The notes: generated by a model from the sequence alone, not told the origin. A DNA stretch of 64,000 nucleotides from Myxococcota bacterium (GCA_036337435.1 JAYZEG010000001.1:132969-196968), one strand, 5' to 3'. Positions 1 through 8,564 are shown, counted from the stretch's first letter. Numbers and translations are program-made.

Positions 1-2
1 AT

Positions 3-1706
3 TTGGATTCTCTTGGCAATCTCGGCAAGGGGAAGAGTAAACTACCCGATTGCCTCCAGCCCGACCGGGTTGATCGGCAAATGTTGCGGGGCTGCCTACA
101 ATACGGTGCCAGTGAGAGGGCAACCGAAGCCTTGGCAAAAGCCATCAAATGGCCCGTCGAACAAACGCGGATTCGCCTGATGAGGTTGTACGTTACTGGA
201 CAATTCACATCTCGTGGTGCCAGTTTAGCTGAGCTGAGAAGAGCTGAAACTCAGCTGCAGGGGCAAAGTTTTTTCGAACGCCTGGGCGTACCGACGACCG
301 CTGATTCAGCGGCCATTGCCGCAGCCTATGACAAACGAATCGCGGAGCTTGTTGGCAGTAGCTCGGCTGAAGGTGGCGAAGTCCGCCGACTCGCCAACTC
401 CATCCAAGAGCTTCTCAGCGTTGCTCGACGTGTATTGGCTGATGATGCCCAACGAGCTGTCTATCGACGTGCCCAGCAATCGGGTGCTGATTTTAACGAT
501 CCCAATGTCCGCGACGCGATGCTGAGAGATCATTTCCTGACTCAGGGTAAACTTTTGCTCGATCGCAGCCAATATGAGGACGCGAAAGGCCTTCTCGAAT
601 CGGCGGTTACCCATGCACCATCGGAACCACGAGGCCACATTCTTCTCGGGTGGGCGGAGTATCTAAGTTCTGACGAATCCGAAGAAGCAGCGAACGCGGC
701 GGTCGCACGCATTCGAAAAGCCCTTGAATTCGATCGGAATTCCGATGAGGCCTATTTATACATGGGGAAGATCTGTCGTTTGGCAGGACAAAAAGAGGAC
801 GCTCGCCGTTTCCTCAATCAGGCAACACGAATTAATAATGACAATAATGAGGCTTGGGCCCAGCTGCGGATGGTGAACACCCAAAAAGCTGCACGAGCAG
901 GCTTAAACCTAGACATTTCGGTCGGTCAAGGTGTCGGACCGGTATTGGCGACCGCGTTCTTCGTGTTGGCGGGTTTGTACGCTGGGGCAAATCTAATTGA
1001 GGGTGGCGCAAAAGAATGGCCGATGCTCGAAGATGGGAGCCAATTGAACCAAGTCCGGCAGATAAAGGATATGCCGGCTTGGATGAAAAAAGTTCAAGAG
1101 AAGCGTCAAGCAGAGCAGACTTTCGATATTCCCAAGGCAAAACAGGTTGTGGGGAACGTTGAGTCCTACATGCTCCCAGAGGACACCTGGTACTGGACTC
1201 GACGCGGGATTCTATTATTCATGGGCCTCTTCGGCATATTGGGGATCGCGAAAAGACGATTCAACGATATCAAACTCATCGAAAAAGGGGGTGCTTGGCT
1301 GTTTTTTGGGTGTTTATACGGACTGGTCGTGGGCTTTTTATCGCCACTGCCACTCACGCCAACGCCCTTGCTGCCCGCACTTGGGATGGTCTTGACCCAT
1401 ACGCTCGCCGAACAGCTTTTTTTCTTCGGTTTTATCGGGGTTGCGCTACTGGATCGAATTGACAATCCACTGTTCGCAATCGTGCTGACTGCAGCACTCT
1501 TTGGACTGCACCAACTCACATTTTTCGCAACTCTGTCATTGCCACCCTCGGTGATGCTTACAGGCGTGTTGCAAATGACAGCATTCGCGGGTGGCGTGTA
1601 TGCATTCTTGCTTTGGCAAACTGGTGGAATCCTGGCTCCAATCATGGCGCAATTGACCATCATGAGCGTGATGATCGTTCGATGCATCCAGGCATATGGG
1701 GGCTGA
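3..1706 (+). CDS. 5'-partial J-like domain + TPR + CPBP (Abi/CAAX protease) family membrane protein with degenerate catalytic motifs
   Basis: J-like helices (FFERLGVPTTADSAAIAAAY...RAVY) without HPD. TPR helices follow (QYEDAKGLLESAV; EAYLYMGKICRLAGQKEDARRFLNQA). The C-terminal multi-TM region has CPBP-like motifs AEQLFFFG / LFGLHQ / TGGILAPIMAQ. The ORF is open at the window edge. Confidence 0.7.
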   Translation: MDSLGNLGKGKSKLPDCLQPDRVDRQMLRGCLQYGASERATEALAKAIKWPVEQTRIRLMRLYVTGQFTSRGASLAELRRAETQLQGQSFFERLGVPTTADSAAIAAAYDKRIAELVGSSSAEGGEVRRLANSIQELLSVARRVLADDAQRAVYRRAQQSGADFNDPNVRDAMLRDHFLTQGKLLLDRSQYEDAKGLLESAVTHAPSEPRGHILLGWAEYLSSDESEEAANAAVARIRKALEFDRNSDEAYLYMGKICRLAGQKEDARRFLNQATRINNDNNEAWAQLRMVNTQKAARAGLNLDISVGQGVGPVLATAFFVLAGLYAGANLIEGGAKEWPMLEDGSQLNQVRQIKDMPAWMKKVQEKRQAEQTFDIPKAKQVVGNVESYMLPEDTWYWTRRGILLFMGLFGILGIAKRRFNDIKLIEKGGAWLFFGCLYGLVVGFLSPLPLTPTPLLPALGMVLTHTLAEQLFFFGFIGVALLDRIDNPLFAIVLTAALFGLHQLTFFATLSLPPSVMLTGVLQMTAFAGGVYAFLLWQTGGILAPIMAQLTIMSVMIVRCIQAYGG

Positions 1707-1712
1707 TTGACC

Positions 1713-2144
1713 ATGACGAAGCGGCACATCTTGATGGCTGACCCCCACGGTCTTGCAGAGTTTATGAAACCAGCTTTAGCCAAGCTCAATCCCAACCTGG
1801 AGTTGTTGGCCGTTGCCGATGGTGCCCGATGCATCACTGCCCATGCCAAACTGTGCAAAGCAAAGATTCCGCCTTTGGTGACCGTCATTCCAGATGAACT
1901 CGATTTGGTCAATGGACGTCAGGCGGCCATCACTCTTCGGACTGTCGAGCGGACACTAGGCGTGGCGGCGACCGCGATCATTTACCTTCAATCGGAGGCT
2001 GGGGATGCCGACGAAAGTAAGCAATGGGGTCGAGCTGTAGCCATCATGCAGGGACCAGTGGACCAGCCTAAGCGGGAAGCCATGCGTCTGGTCAAGGCGA
2101 TCGCGAAGGTGCTCAGCCAGTTGACTGGGAGGGGGCGAAAATGA
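1713..2144 (+). CDS. atypical receiver (CheY-like) domain protein
   Basis: Beta/alpha pattern HILMADP...VADGARC...LVTVIPDELDLVNGRQAAITLR...AIIYL resembles a REC fold, with no clear phospho-acceptor Asp at the end of beta3. ATG at 1713 lies just after the upstream stop. Confidence 0.5.
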   Translation: MTKRHILMADPHGLAEFMKPALAKLNPNLELLAVADGARCITAHAKLCKAKIPPLVTVIPDELDLVNGRQAAITLRTVERTLGVAATAIIYLQSEAGDADESKQWGRAVAIMQGPVDQPKREAMRLVKAIAKVLSQLTGRGRK

Positions 2145-2773
2145 TGCCCTGCACCGCTTGCGGCCATTCAGGCGAGCCTAATCGGCTATTCTTTGCCGAT
2201 TTCGAGCTGGCAATCTGTGCAAAATGCGGCTTCGGTGTCGGACTCGCTCAGCCCACAAACGAATCCGCTACAATGGACGGGCAACCAAAGATAGAAACAC
2301 CGAGCACCGGTGACGTTGAGCTCAGCCCAACAGGCGCATTTACTGCCGCTGATTTGACCGAGGCGGATGCTACAAGGAATGCACGAGGGCAGGCGATCGT
2401 GGTCACAAATGATGAGGAGACCTATGACGTCATTGATGCCGCATTCAGTGACTTTGCGGCTATCGGATGTGTTTTCGCCGACAAAGGAACGGGCGCTATC
2501 GAAATGGTCGTGAGTCGACTCGAATCAACGGACAGAACCGGCGTGTTGATCGACGCGCAAAACGATGATTATCCAGCGTCTGAATTGGGGTATGCCATTC
2601 GGGCGATAGAAACGGGCCTCGGGGCCAAGAAGGCAGACATTGTATTTTTCGGTGAAATCGACTCCGAAACTGAAGCCGACGCGCGCAGAATTGGAGCCAC
2701 AATTCAAAATGGATCAATGAGCGAAAGTTTGGCGGAGATGCTGGCGAGGTCGATCGCAGACCGGATGGTGTGA
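2141..2773 (+). CDS. zinc-ribbon + atypical receiver-like domain protein
   Basis: N-terminal CTAC...CAKC, an acidic linker, then REC-like AIVVTNDEET...GVLID...AIRAIETGLG..ADIVFFG. ATGA overlap with the upstream gene. Confidence 0.5.
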   Translation: MMPCTACGHSGEPNRLFFADFELAICAKCGFGVGLAQPTNESATMDGQPKIETPSTGDVELSPTGAFTAADLTEADATRNARGQAIVVTNDEETYDVIDAAFSDFAAIGCVFADKGTGAIEMVVSRLESTDRTGVLIDAQNDDYPASELGYAIRAIETGLGAKKADIVFFGEIDSETEADARRIGATIQNGSMSESLAEMLARSIADRMV

Positions 2774-2813
2774 GAAATTCGAGGCCGGTTTGAGAATTTT
2801 ATCGGTGATGGTT

Positions 2814-2842
2814 TTGCCTCACAGCCAAACAGTATGTAAACT
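2814..2842 (+). promoter_or_regulatory. putative sigma70-type promoter for the small sorted protein/exosortase pair
   Basis: TTGCCT (2814-2819), 17 nt spacer, TAAACT (2837-2842). An AAGGA Shine-Dalgarno-like sequence precedes ATG 2881. Confidence 0.5.
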
Positions 2843-2880
2843 ACTGACAAGAGAGTAGTGGAGACGATAAGGACACAACT

Positions 2881-3105
2881 ATGAAAACGAGATTCTCACG
2901 ATTACTCAGCGGCGCGGCTGTTTTTCTATACGGTGCGGCGGCATTCGCTGGCTCTTCATCAGGTGGTGGGCCAGCAGGTGATGCGGGTAGTTCAGGTTCC
3001 GAACCCGCTTTGTATGCGCTCATTCTCCTGACCTTGATTCCTGGATTCTACCTCGCGAACAGAGCTCGAAACGCGCAAGCGGTCCCCGTCCGTAAGGACC
3101 GGTAG
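2881..3105 (+). CDS. 74-aa exported protein with PEP-CTERM-like (SEP) C-terminal sorting signal; probable exosortase substrate
   Basis: Signal peptide MKTRF...AAAFA|, Gly/Ser linker, then SEP-ALYALILLTLIPGFYLA-NRAR...RKDR (motif, TM helix, basic tail). It has a good RBS and sits 45 nt upstream of an exosortase. Confidence 0.8.
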   Translation: MKTRFSRLLSGAAVFLYGAAAFAGSSSGGGPAGDAGSSGSEPALYALILLTLIPGFYLANRARNAQAVPVRKDR

Positions 3106-3150
3106 TCGAGCGCAGTTCGTAGCTGCGCATCGCTCAGAAAAAGGGCGGAC

Positions 3151-4038
3151 GTGCAAACTCAGCCGGCACCTCATCACATACCTTCAGCGTCGACCACAGA
3201 CCGATGGCTTCGGTTTTTCGTGTTCATTGCAATTGCCATTGGCATGGCACCCATCCTCGATTGGAGTTGGACGCTTTGGTCTCATTCGGCATTAGGCGGT
3301 GGCGCGACTGCAGTCGTTGCTATGCCCATCGCACTCATCTTGGGCGGCATAGCCAGTCGCAATAGCGAGCATCTAGATGAAGTTCCCTCTCCGTTGGCTG
3401 GGATCGCTCTTGCTGCATTCATGCTCGTTGCCTCCCTTTTAACGGCACTCGTTGACGGCAATGGCCCCTGGTTACTCGCAGCAGGTACCCTTTATATTTC
3501 ATGCTATTTCTTGTGGTTTTGCTGGTCTTGGGGTTTTCGAAAAGCCATGTCCATCGCCATGCCCCTGAGCTTTCTAATGCTTGTCCTCCCGTGGGAATAT
3601 TACCTGCGATCAACCGCTCAGCTGACTCTTCAATCCTGGACAGCTGATCTGTCTATCTTACTACTGAACGGTTTGGGCTATGTCGTTTGGCACTACAATG
3701 CATTTACCATCGACTCGGACCGATATTACCTGATCATCAATGAGACGTGCTCCGGCATCAATATGCTGGTCGCATTGTTTATGTACACACTTGTCTTCAC
3801 GTGGATGGCGCGTTCTTTTTGGATGACTCGAGTTACCTTACTCCTGCTGGTTTTTCCCATTGCTATGGCGACCAATATCCTCAGGGTGACATGCATTTAC
3901 TTATTGGGTTACTACGGCGGCGTAGAGTGGGCCGACGGCTTTTGGCACAGCGGCAGTGCCTATGTCCTATTCGTACCCATCTTTCTGGTTCTTTATCTGT
4001 TAAACCGCGCTTTTGACGACCGATTTAGAGCGGACTGA
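3151..4038 (+). CDS. exosortase/archaeosortase family protein-sorting enzyme
   Basis: Multi-pass membrane protein with the family triad: INETCSGINML (Cys), ATNILRV (Arg), FWHSGSAY (His). Also FLMLVLPW. No C-terminal EpsI domain. Confidence 0.9.
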   Translation: MQTQPAPHHIPSASTTDRWLRFFVFIAIAIGMAPILDWSWTLWSHSALGGGATAVVAMPIALILGGIASRNSEHLDEVPSPLAGIALAAFMLVASLLTALVDGNGPWLLAAGTLYISCYFLWFCWSWGFRKAMSIAMPLSFLMLVLPWEYYLRSTAQLTLQSWTADLSILLLNGLGYVVWHYNAFTIDSDRYYLIINETCSGINMLVALFMYTLVFTWMARSFWMTRVTLLLLVFPIAMATNILRVTCIYLLGYYGGVEWADGFWHSGSAYVLFVPIFLVLYLLNRAFDDRFRAD

Positions 4039-5457
4039 CCAAGCACCGACACCAATAATTCCAAAGATCAAAACCATCCACCAATCACCAAACCGAACAA
4101 AAAGCGTCTGATTCTGCCTGAGCTGGATCTGACCCTCAATCAGACCTGGCTTAAATAAGCCTAAGCGTTCGGTGACTACACCGTTGGGACTTATCACAGC
4201 CGATATGCCAGCCTGCCCTACCCGAATGAGCCACCGCCGCGTCTCCATTGCTCTCACCATCGCTCGATTGGTCATATGACGCGTGATGGGCGAGAAACCG
4301 AATCCAGCATCGTTACTCGCGATAACCAGAAATTCGGCACCTGTCGCGACCAGTCGACGTGCCATGTCCGGATAAACCGATTCGAGACAAATCATCACCC
4401 CAACGTAGTTGGACCCCGCCCGCATGGCTCGTACGGAATGCCCGGGCGTCAAATGACTTTCCGTGCCAGGCACCAGACGCACTTTACGGTAAATGTCATC
4501 GACCTGGCCGCCTGGTAAAACTGACGCGACCACGTTAAATCGCTTGCCTTGTTTGTCTTGTTCAATCAGTCCGGCGAGCAAAATCGACCGGTCTCTGTTC
4601 CCGGGAAATAGACGGCTGTGTAAGGCCGTATCCCTCAAAACATCGCCGCGTATGGCCGTCTCTGGCCAAATCACAAAGTCCGGATGTCCTTCATATGCCC
4701 TGCGAGTCAGCGTTTCAAATGTGCGGATAATCCCGTCTTGAGCAGCCGGGTCTGCCGTCGCCGCGTGATATTGACTATTGGCCAAACCGGCTTGAACGCC
4801 GGCAATCTTGACCGTCTGCCCCCCGCTCTCTGCACTAAATTGCGTGACGCCAACTGCGCCGAAAACAAGCAAAAAGGCTGTCATAAAAACGATACTTTTT
4901 TGACTATGGCGAAAAGAAATCAGTCCATGAAAAGTGAGACTTTGAACGAGGGCGACAAAACTACTGACGCCAATTCCACCGATCCAAGCTGTCAAAACCA
5001 GCCACGGTCTAAGCCAGCTGACATCAGCAATATTGCCGACATAACTGGCCGGCATACAGACGGGACCGAGTGTGCGTATCCATTCTGACACCGTCCAGAT
5101 TGCCGCGACCACAAGAATGTCTAGGAGACCACCTCGGCCACGCCACAACCACCGAAACAAAAGGCCATAAATGACCATTTGACTTGCTGTGTAGAGACTA
5201 AATCCAAGGAGCAAAAACCAGCCATAATTGATGATTCCGTAAATATGAACGCCGCCGAGAAACCCAACCCAGCCGGCCAAAAGACCTGATTCAAAGTACG
5301 ACGGGCTATATCGTAACGCGCAGAGTAGCGGTACATTTGCAATCAGGGACATGGGTCCAAAATAAACAAAACCAATGCCATTAAAAATGCCCGCCAGGGT
5401 GGCCAGTGCCCATCGTTCTCGTGTCGTACGACCGAATTCTTTGACCAGGGAACTCAT
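4000..5457 (-). CDS. lnt: apolipoprotein N-acyltransferase (CN-hydrolase family)
   Basis: N-terminal TM bundle with WTVSEWIR. Nitrilase triad WPETA (Glu), YRKVRLVP (Lys), ICLES (Cys). Also SNDAGFG, RAMETRR, and C-terminal TLFVRFGDW. Confidence 0.88.
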   Translation of the reverse strand: MSSLVKEFGRTTRERWALATLAGIFNGIGFVYFGPMSLIANVPLLCALRYSPSYFESGLLAGWVGFLGGVHIYGIINYGWFLLLGFSLYTASQMVIYGLLFRWLWRGRGGLLDILVVAAIWTVSEWIRTLGPVCMPASYVGNIADVSWLRPWLVLTAWIGGIGVSSFVALVQSLTFHGLISFRHSQKSIVFMTAFLLVFGAVGVTQFSAESGGQTVKIAGVQAGLANSQYHAATADPAAQDGIIRTFETLTRRAYEGHPDFVIWPETAIRGDVLRDTALHSRLFPGNRDRSILLAGLIEQDKQGKRFNVVASVLPGGQVDDIYRKVRLVPGTESHLTPGHSVRAMRAGSNYVGVMICLESVYPDMARRLVATGAEFLVIASNDAGFGFSPITRHMTNRAMVRAMETRRWLIRVGQAGISAVISPNGVVTERLGLFKPGLIEGQIQLRQNQTLFVRFGDWWMVLIFGIIGVGAWSVRSKSVVKSAV

Positions 5458-5945
5458 CTGGATCTCTCGAGACCTTCAAGGCGAATTGCACTGGAATAAG
5501 CCGGCAACTCGTCAATAGTCAAAACACCGATTGATTGACGAAATAGGACGTATTTCAGGCCAAATCGACCAATCCAGAGATCCGGTATCTCTCGGTTTTG
5601 GTGGACGAGTAGTGAGGGTTCTACAAGTGGATCTCCTTTTTTAAACTGACCCAGTCTGAAGCCGATTCGCCGCAGGGTTTTCTGCCAGGGTTCATCGTCG
5701 ATGGGTCGAATTCCCTGTCCGTATCGTGCGATCAGTTCGGCGGACAAAGACGTCGTCCTCGGATCGATTACCCAACCCAGGGCATGTTGATAGGGCGGTA
5801 AATAAGTTCGGGTGAGGCCTTGGATGACCTGCCCTCCCCGCAGCTCTTCAATGGCTCGGACTAATACCCAACTTGTCCAACAAAGCATGAGTAAAACCAA
5901 AGACCGAAATGTCCAATTCCGTATTTTTTCCTGAGACACATGCAT
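5454..5945 (-). CDS. hypothetical protein with N-terminal membrane anchor
   Basis: 163-aa ORF with a single N-terminal hydrophobic helix. ATGA-coupled to lnt and fills the gap after the kinase gene. Confidence 0.6.
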   Translation of the reverse strand: MHVSQEKIRNWTFRSLVLLMLCWTSWVLVRAIEELRGGQVIQGLTRTYLPPYQHALGWVIDPRTTSLSAELIARYGQGIRPIDDEPWQKTLRRIGFRLGQFKKGDPLVEPSLLVHQNREIPDLWIGRFGLKYVLFRQSIGVLTIDELPAYSSAIRLEGLERSR

Positions 5946-5957
5946 CCCAAAATCAAT

Positions 5958-8555
5958 TTAGTCAGCCGAATTGAGGGCCAGTCGAAAACCAACCCCCAAA
6001 TGCGCAGCACTGGGAGGCATTGGATGTCTCGATGCACAACGTGAATCTCGCACGGAGCCATTCCAACGACCCCCACGACAAATCGCCATAAATTTGCCAG
6101 CTTGCTGTATATCCGTACTCGTCCACTCGGTGACCCCACCCGCCAAATCCATTAAGCCATAGGGGCTTCGGTCATTCGGATGACTGCCAACCGGCGCGAG
6201 ACTCGGAAGGCCCAATTGACCCGCGGCTGTATTACAAAATGACGCTTCCCAGTGGTCTCCCCAAGGAAAGGCACGTCCGTCACCACCCCTGGCGGCGATT
6301 TCCCATTCTTGCGAGGTTGGCAACCGATAGCTTAAGCTGTCTCGACGGGCGCGCCATCGACAAAAGGCGATTGCATCATCCCGGGTCACACCAAAAACCG
6401 GCCAGTTCGGATCCCATGTCTGACCAGAAAACTCCGAGCGCGGAATATAGAAACTCGCACCCATCTGGCTGAGTAATTGCTCTCCAGTCAGTGGGTTTTT
6501 CGGCGCGTGCTGTAGCGCTCTGGATAAGTCCGTCCGCGCCAATGCATTCAAGAACCGCATGTAATCACGCATGGTGACGGGAAGTCGGCTGATGCAGAAC
6601 GCAGGATGTTCTACAGTGTCTCGGCAGGTCGGCCAGGCTGCATTATCATCGAGCCCAAGCTGGGCATGTCCGGCCGGAATGTACAAAAATCCATCGGGCA
6701 CTCGAGCTGCTGCCAGCGTATTCAAATTCAGTTTCAACCTTTGGCAGCGCCCGATTCTAAATGACGCCCTGACATCACGGCCTGAGGCCGTGGGCGCGCT
6801 CACCAAATAGGGACCCATCGGTAAATCCGTGATAGAAACCGGGGTTGATGCCATCGTGTCTTTCCGGATCGGTGTGAGAACTGAATCAACCTCAGTGATC
6901 CGATAGAGCTTGACCATTAAACCTGGTGGATTGGTTTCTATTTCCAGCTGCCCATCGCCCCTCAGCAGCTCAGCATGCACATTTAGCCGCGTTAAGATGC
7001 GTCGGCATTGGGCCAAACCCGGAGCGTCGTCGATCTCATCGCAGCGACGAAATTCAGCAGACGCAATCTCAGCTAGAGTTGCTTTTGCAGCTGTATCCGA
7101 TGGATCACGGATCAAACGAGAATTAAGAACGTCACCGGCCAGACTAAAGCGTTCGCGGACTTGCTCATCGAGGAGACGATGTTTATGAATTAATTTGCGA
7201 GTAATTCTGCGCTCGTCGAGACTAGACCAAGGCACTTCCTTCGCCTTGAGTGTCTTCACCTCGTCTCGAAGCACCTTTTCACGCTCGACGGAGGTCATGT
7301 ATTGAGCCACCTGTTGCTCAAGTTCACTGGTGGAAAACACGCTTGGCTGTTCGAATGCCTCAGCCCCAGCCTCAAGATGCCGCTGAACGGCATGGTGTAA
7401 TTCTAAAACAGACTCATATCGTTTGGATACGTCACGTTCAAGACATCTTGAACAGGCCTCGTCTAAATCGATTGGTATGTTACGGTCCGGTGCCCGTAAA
7501 CGCGCCGGTTTGACGGGGCTTCTCAACATCTTTTGCAAAATCGTTTGCGCATCTCGACCGGCATAGGGCCGCTTCAATGTCAGCATTTCATAGAGGATTG
7601 CGCCCAGACTAAAGACGTCGCTGCGATCATCGACCAAATGTAATTGGCCGAGCGCCAACTCGGGAGGCATGTAACCCGGTGTCCCAATGGCCTCACCCTG
7701 ACGGGTGGCCAGACGCCCGAGTTCTTCACGATGGCTTTTCACTTTTTGCCCACCCGACGCCTCTTTCTTTAAAATTTTTGCAAGACCCCAGTCCATGACC
7801 AGCACCTCACCATAGCCCCCGATCATGATGTTGGAGGGTTTTAAATCACGATGGACAACCGAACGGCTATGGGCATAGGCAACAGCCATGCAAATCTTTT
7901 GGAAAACCTGTAAAAGATGGGTCCGTGTATACTCTGCAAGCATATCCGGATCATCGGCTCGCAACCCCTTGAAAACATCCCTCAGCGTCTGACCATCCAC
8001 CCGTTTCATGGTGAAGTAAAGTTGACCGTCTGCGCGTTCGCCGAGGTCATAGACTGGAATGATATTTGGGTGTTGTAATTGTCCCGTAATTTGAGCCTCT
8101 TGAGCAAATCGAAGTTGCCAACCCAGCCGTTGGCCTTTACCACCGAGGAGCAGCTTCATCGCGACGCTACGCTCCAAGGTCGTATCGACGGTCTCAACAA
8201 TTCGGCCCATGCCGCCGCGAGCCAATTCATCACCCAGGTCATACCGATCAAAACCTGGCTTCATCGGTGGCAAGAGCATCGCTCTTAGGTCATCGTGTTC
8301 ATCTGCAACTTTTTGAGATCGTTCGGAACTGGAGGACCCATCGACTAAATCATCGACATCGCCCGCGACTGTCGGCAATTCACCGATGACAGATTTGAGT
8401 CCATTCTGGGTGACAATGCCTAAATCGACCAAGACATCTGCGAGGGAACGTCCTTCATGGTCGACCGCATATTGGATTTGCTCAAGGGCCTCCTCGCTGA
8501 GACTGAACCGGTCTCTAAGGCGAGATAAAAATTGGGTTTGGCCCTTACTAGTCAC
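5958..8555 (-). CDS. Ser/Thr protein kinase with C-terminal formylglycine-generating enzyme-like (FGE-sulfatase/SUMF1) domain
   Basis: Hanks motifs LARGGMGRI, VAMK, HRDLKPSN, DWGLAK, GTPGYMPPE, DVFSLG. FGE-fold motifs PVT..DY..F, YRLPTSQEWEIAARG, FPWG, SPYGLMDLAGGVTEW, RGG.W, GFR. Confidence 0.92.
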   Translation of the reverse strand: MTSKGQTQFLSRLRDRFSLSEEALEQIQYAVDHEGRSLADVLVDLGIVTQNGLKSVIGELPTVAGDVDDLVDGSSSSERSQKVADEHDDLRAMLLPPMKPGFDRYDLGDELARGGMGRIVETVDTTLERSVAMKLLLGGKGQRLGWQLRFAQEAQITGQLQHPNIIPVYDLGERADGQLYFTMKRVDGQTLRDVFKGLRADDPDMLAEYTRTHLLQVFQKICMAVAYAHSRSVVHRDLKPSNIMIGGYGEVLVMDWGLAKILKKEASGGQKVKSHREELGRLATRQGEAIGTPGYMPPELALGQLHLVDDRSDVFSLGAILYEMLTLKRPYAGRDAQTILQKMLRSPVKPARLRAPDRNIPIDLDEACSRCLERDVSKRYESVLELHHAVQRHLEAGAEAFEQPSVFSTSELEQQVAQYMTSVEREKVLRDEVKTLKAKEVPWSSLDERRITRKLIHKHRLLDEQVRERFSLAGDVLNSRLIRDPSDTAAKATLAEIASAEFRRCDEIDDAPGLAQCRRILTRLNVHAELLRGDGQLEIETNPPGLMVKLYRITEVDSVLTPIRKDTMASTPVSITDLPMGPYLVSAPTASGRDVRASFRIGRCQRLKLNLNTLAAARVPDGFLYIPAGHAQLGLDDNAAWPTCRDTVEHPAFCISRLPVTMRDYMRFLNALARTDLSRALQHAPKNPLTGEQLLSQMGASFYIPRSEFSGQTWDPNWPVFGVTRDDAIAFCRWRARRDSLSYRLPTSQEWEIAARGGDGRAFPWGDHWEASFCNTAAGQLGLPSLAPVGSHPNDRSPYGLMDLAGGVTEWTSTDIQQAGKFMAICRGGRWNGSVRDSRCASRHPMPPSAAHLGVGFRLALNSAD

Positions 8556-8564
8556 GATAACAAA

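Noticed and set aside
2774..2880. Sigma54 promoter as in classical PEP-CTERM/PrsKR systems
   Set aside because: There is no convincing TGGCAC-N5-TTGC. A sigma70-like spacing fits better.
5958..6300. FGE/C-type-lectin-fold C-terminus as a diversity-generating retroelement target
   Set aside because: I saw no reverse transcriptase and no second near-identical copy (template repeat) in the window.
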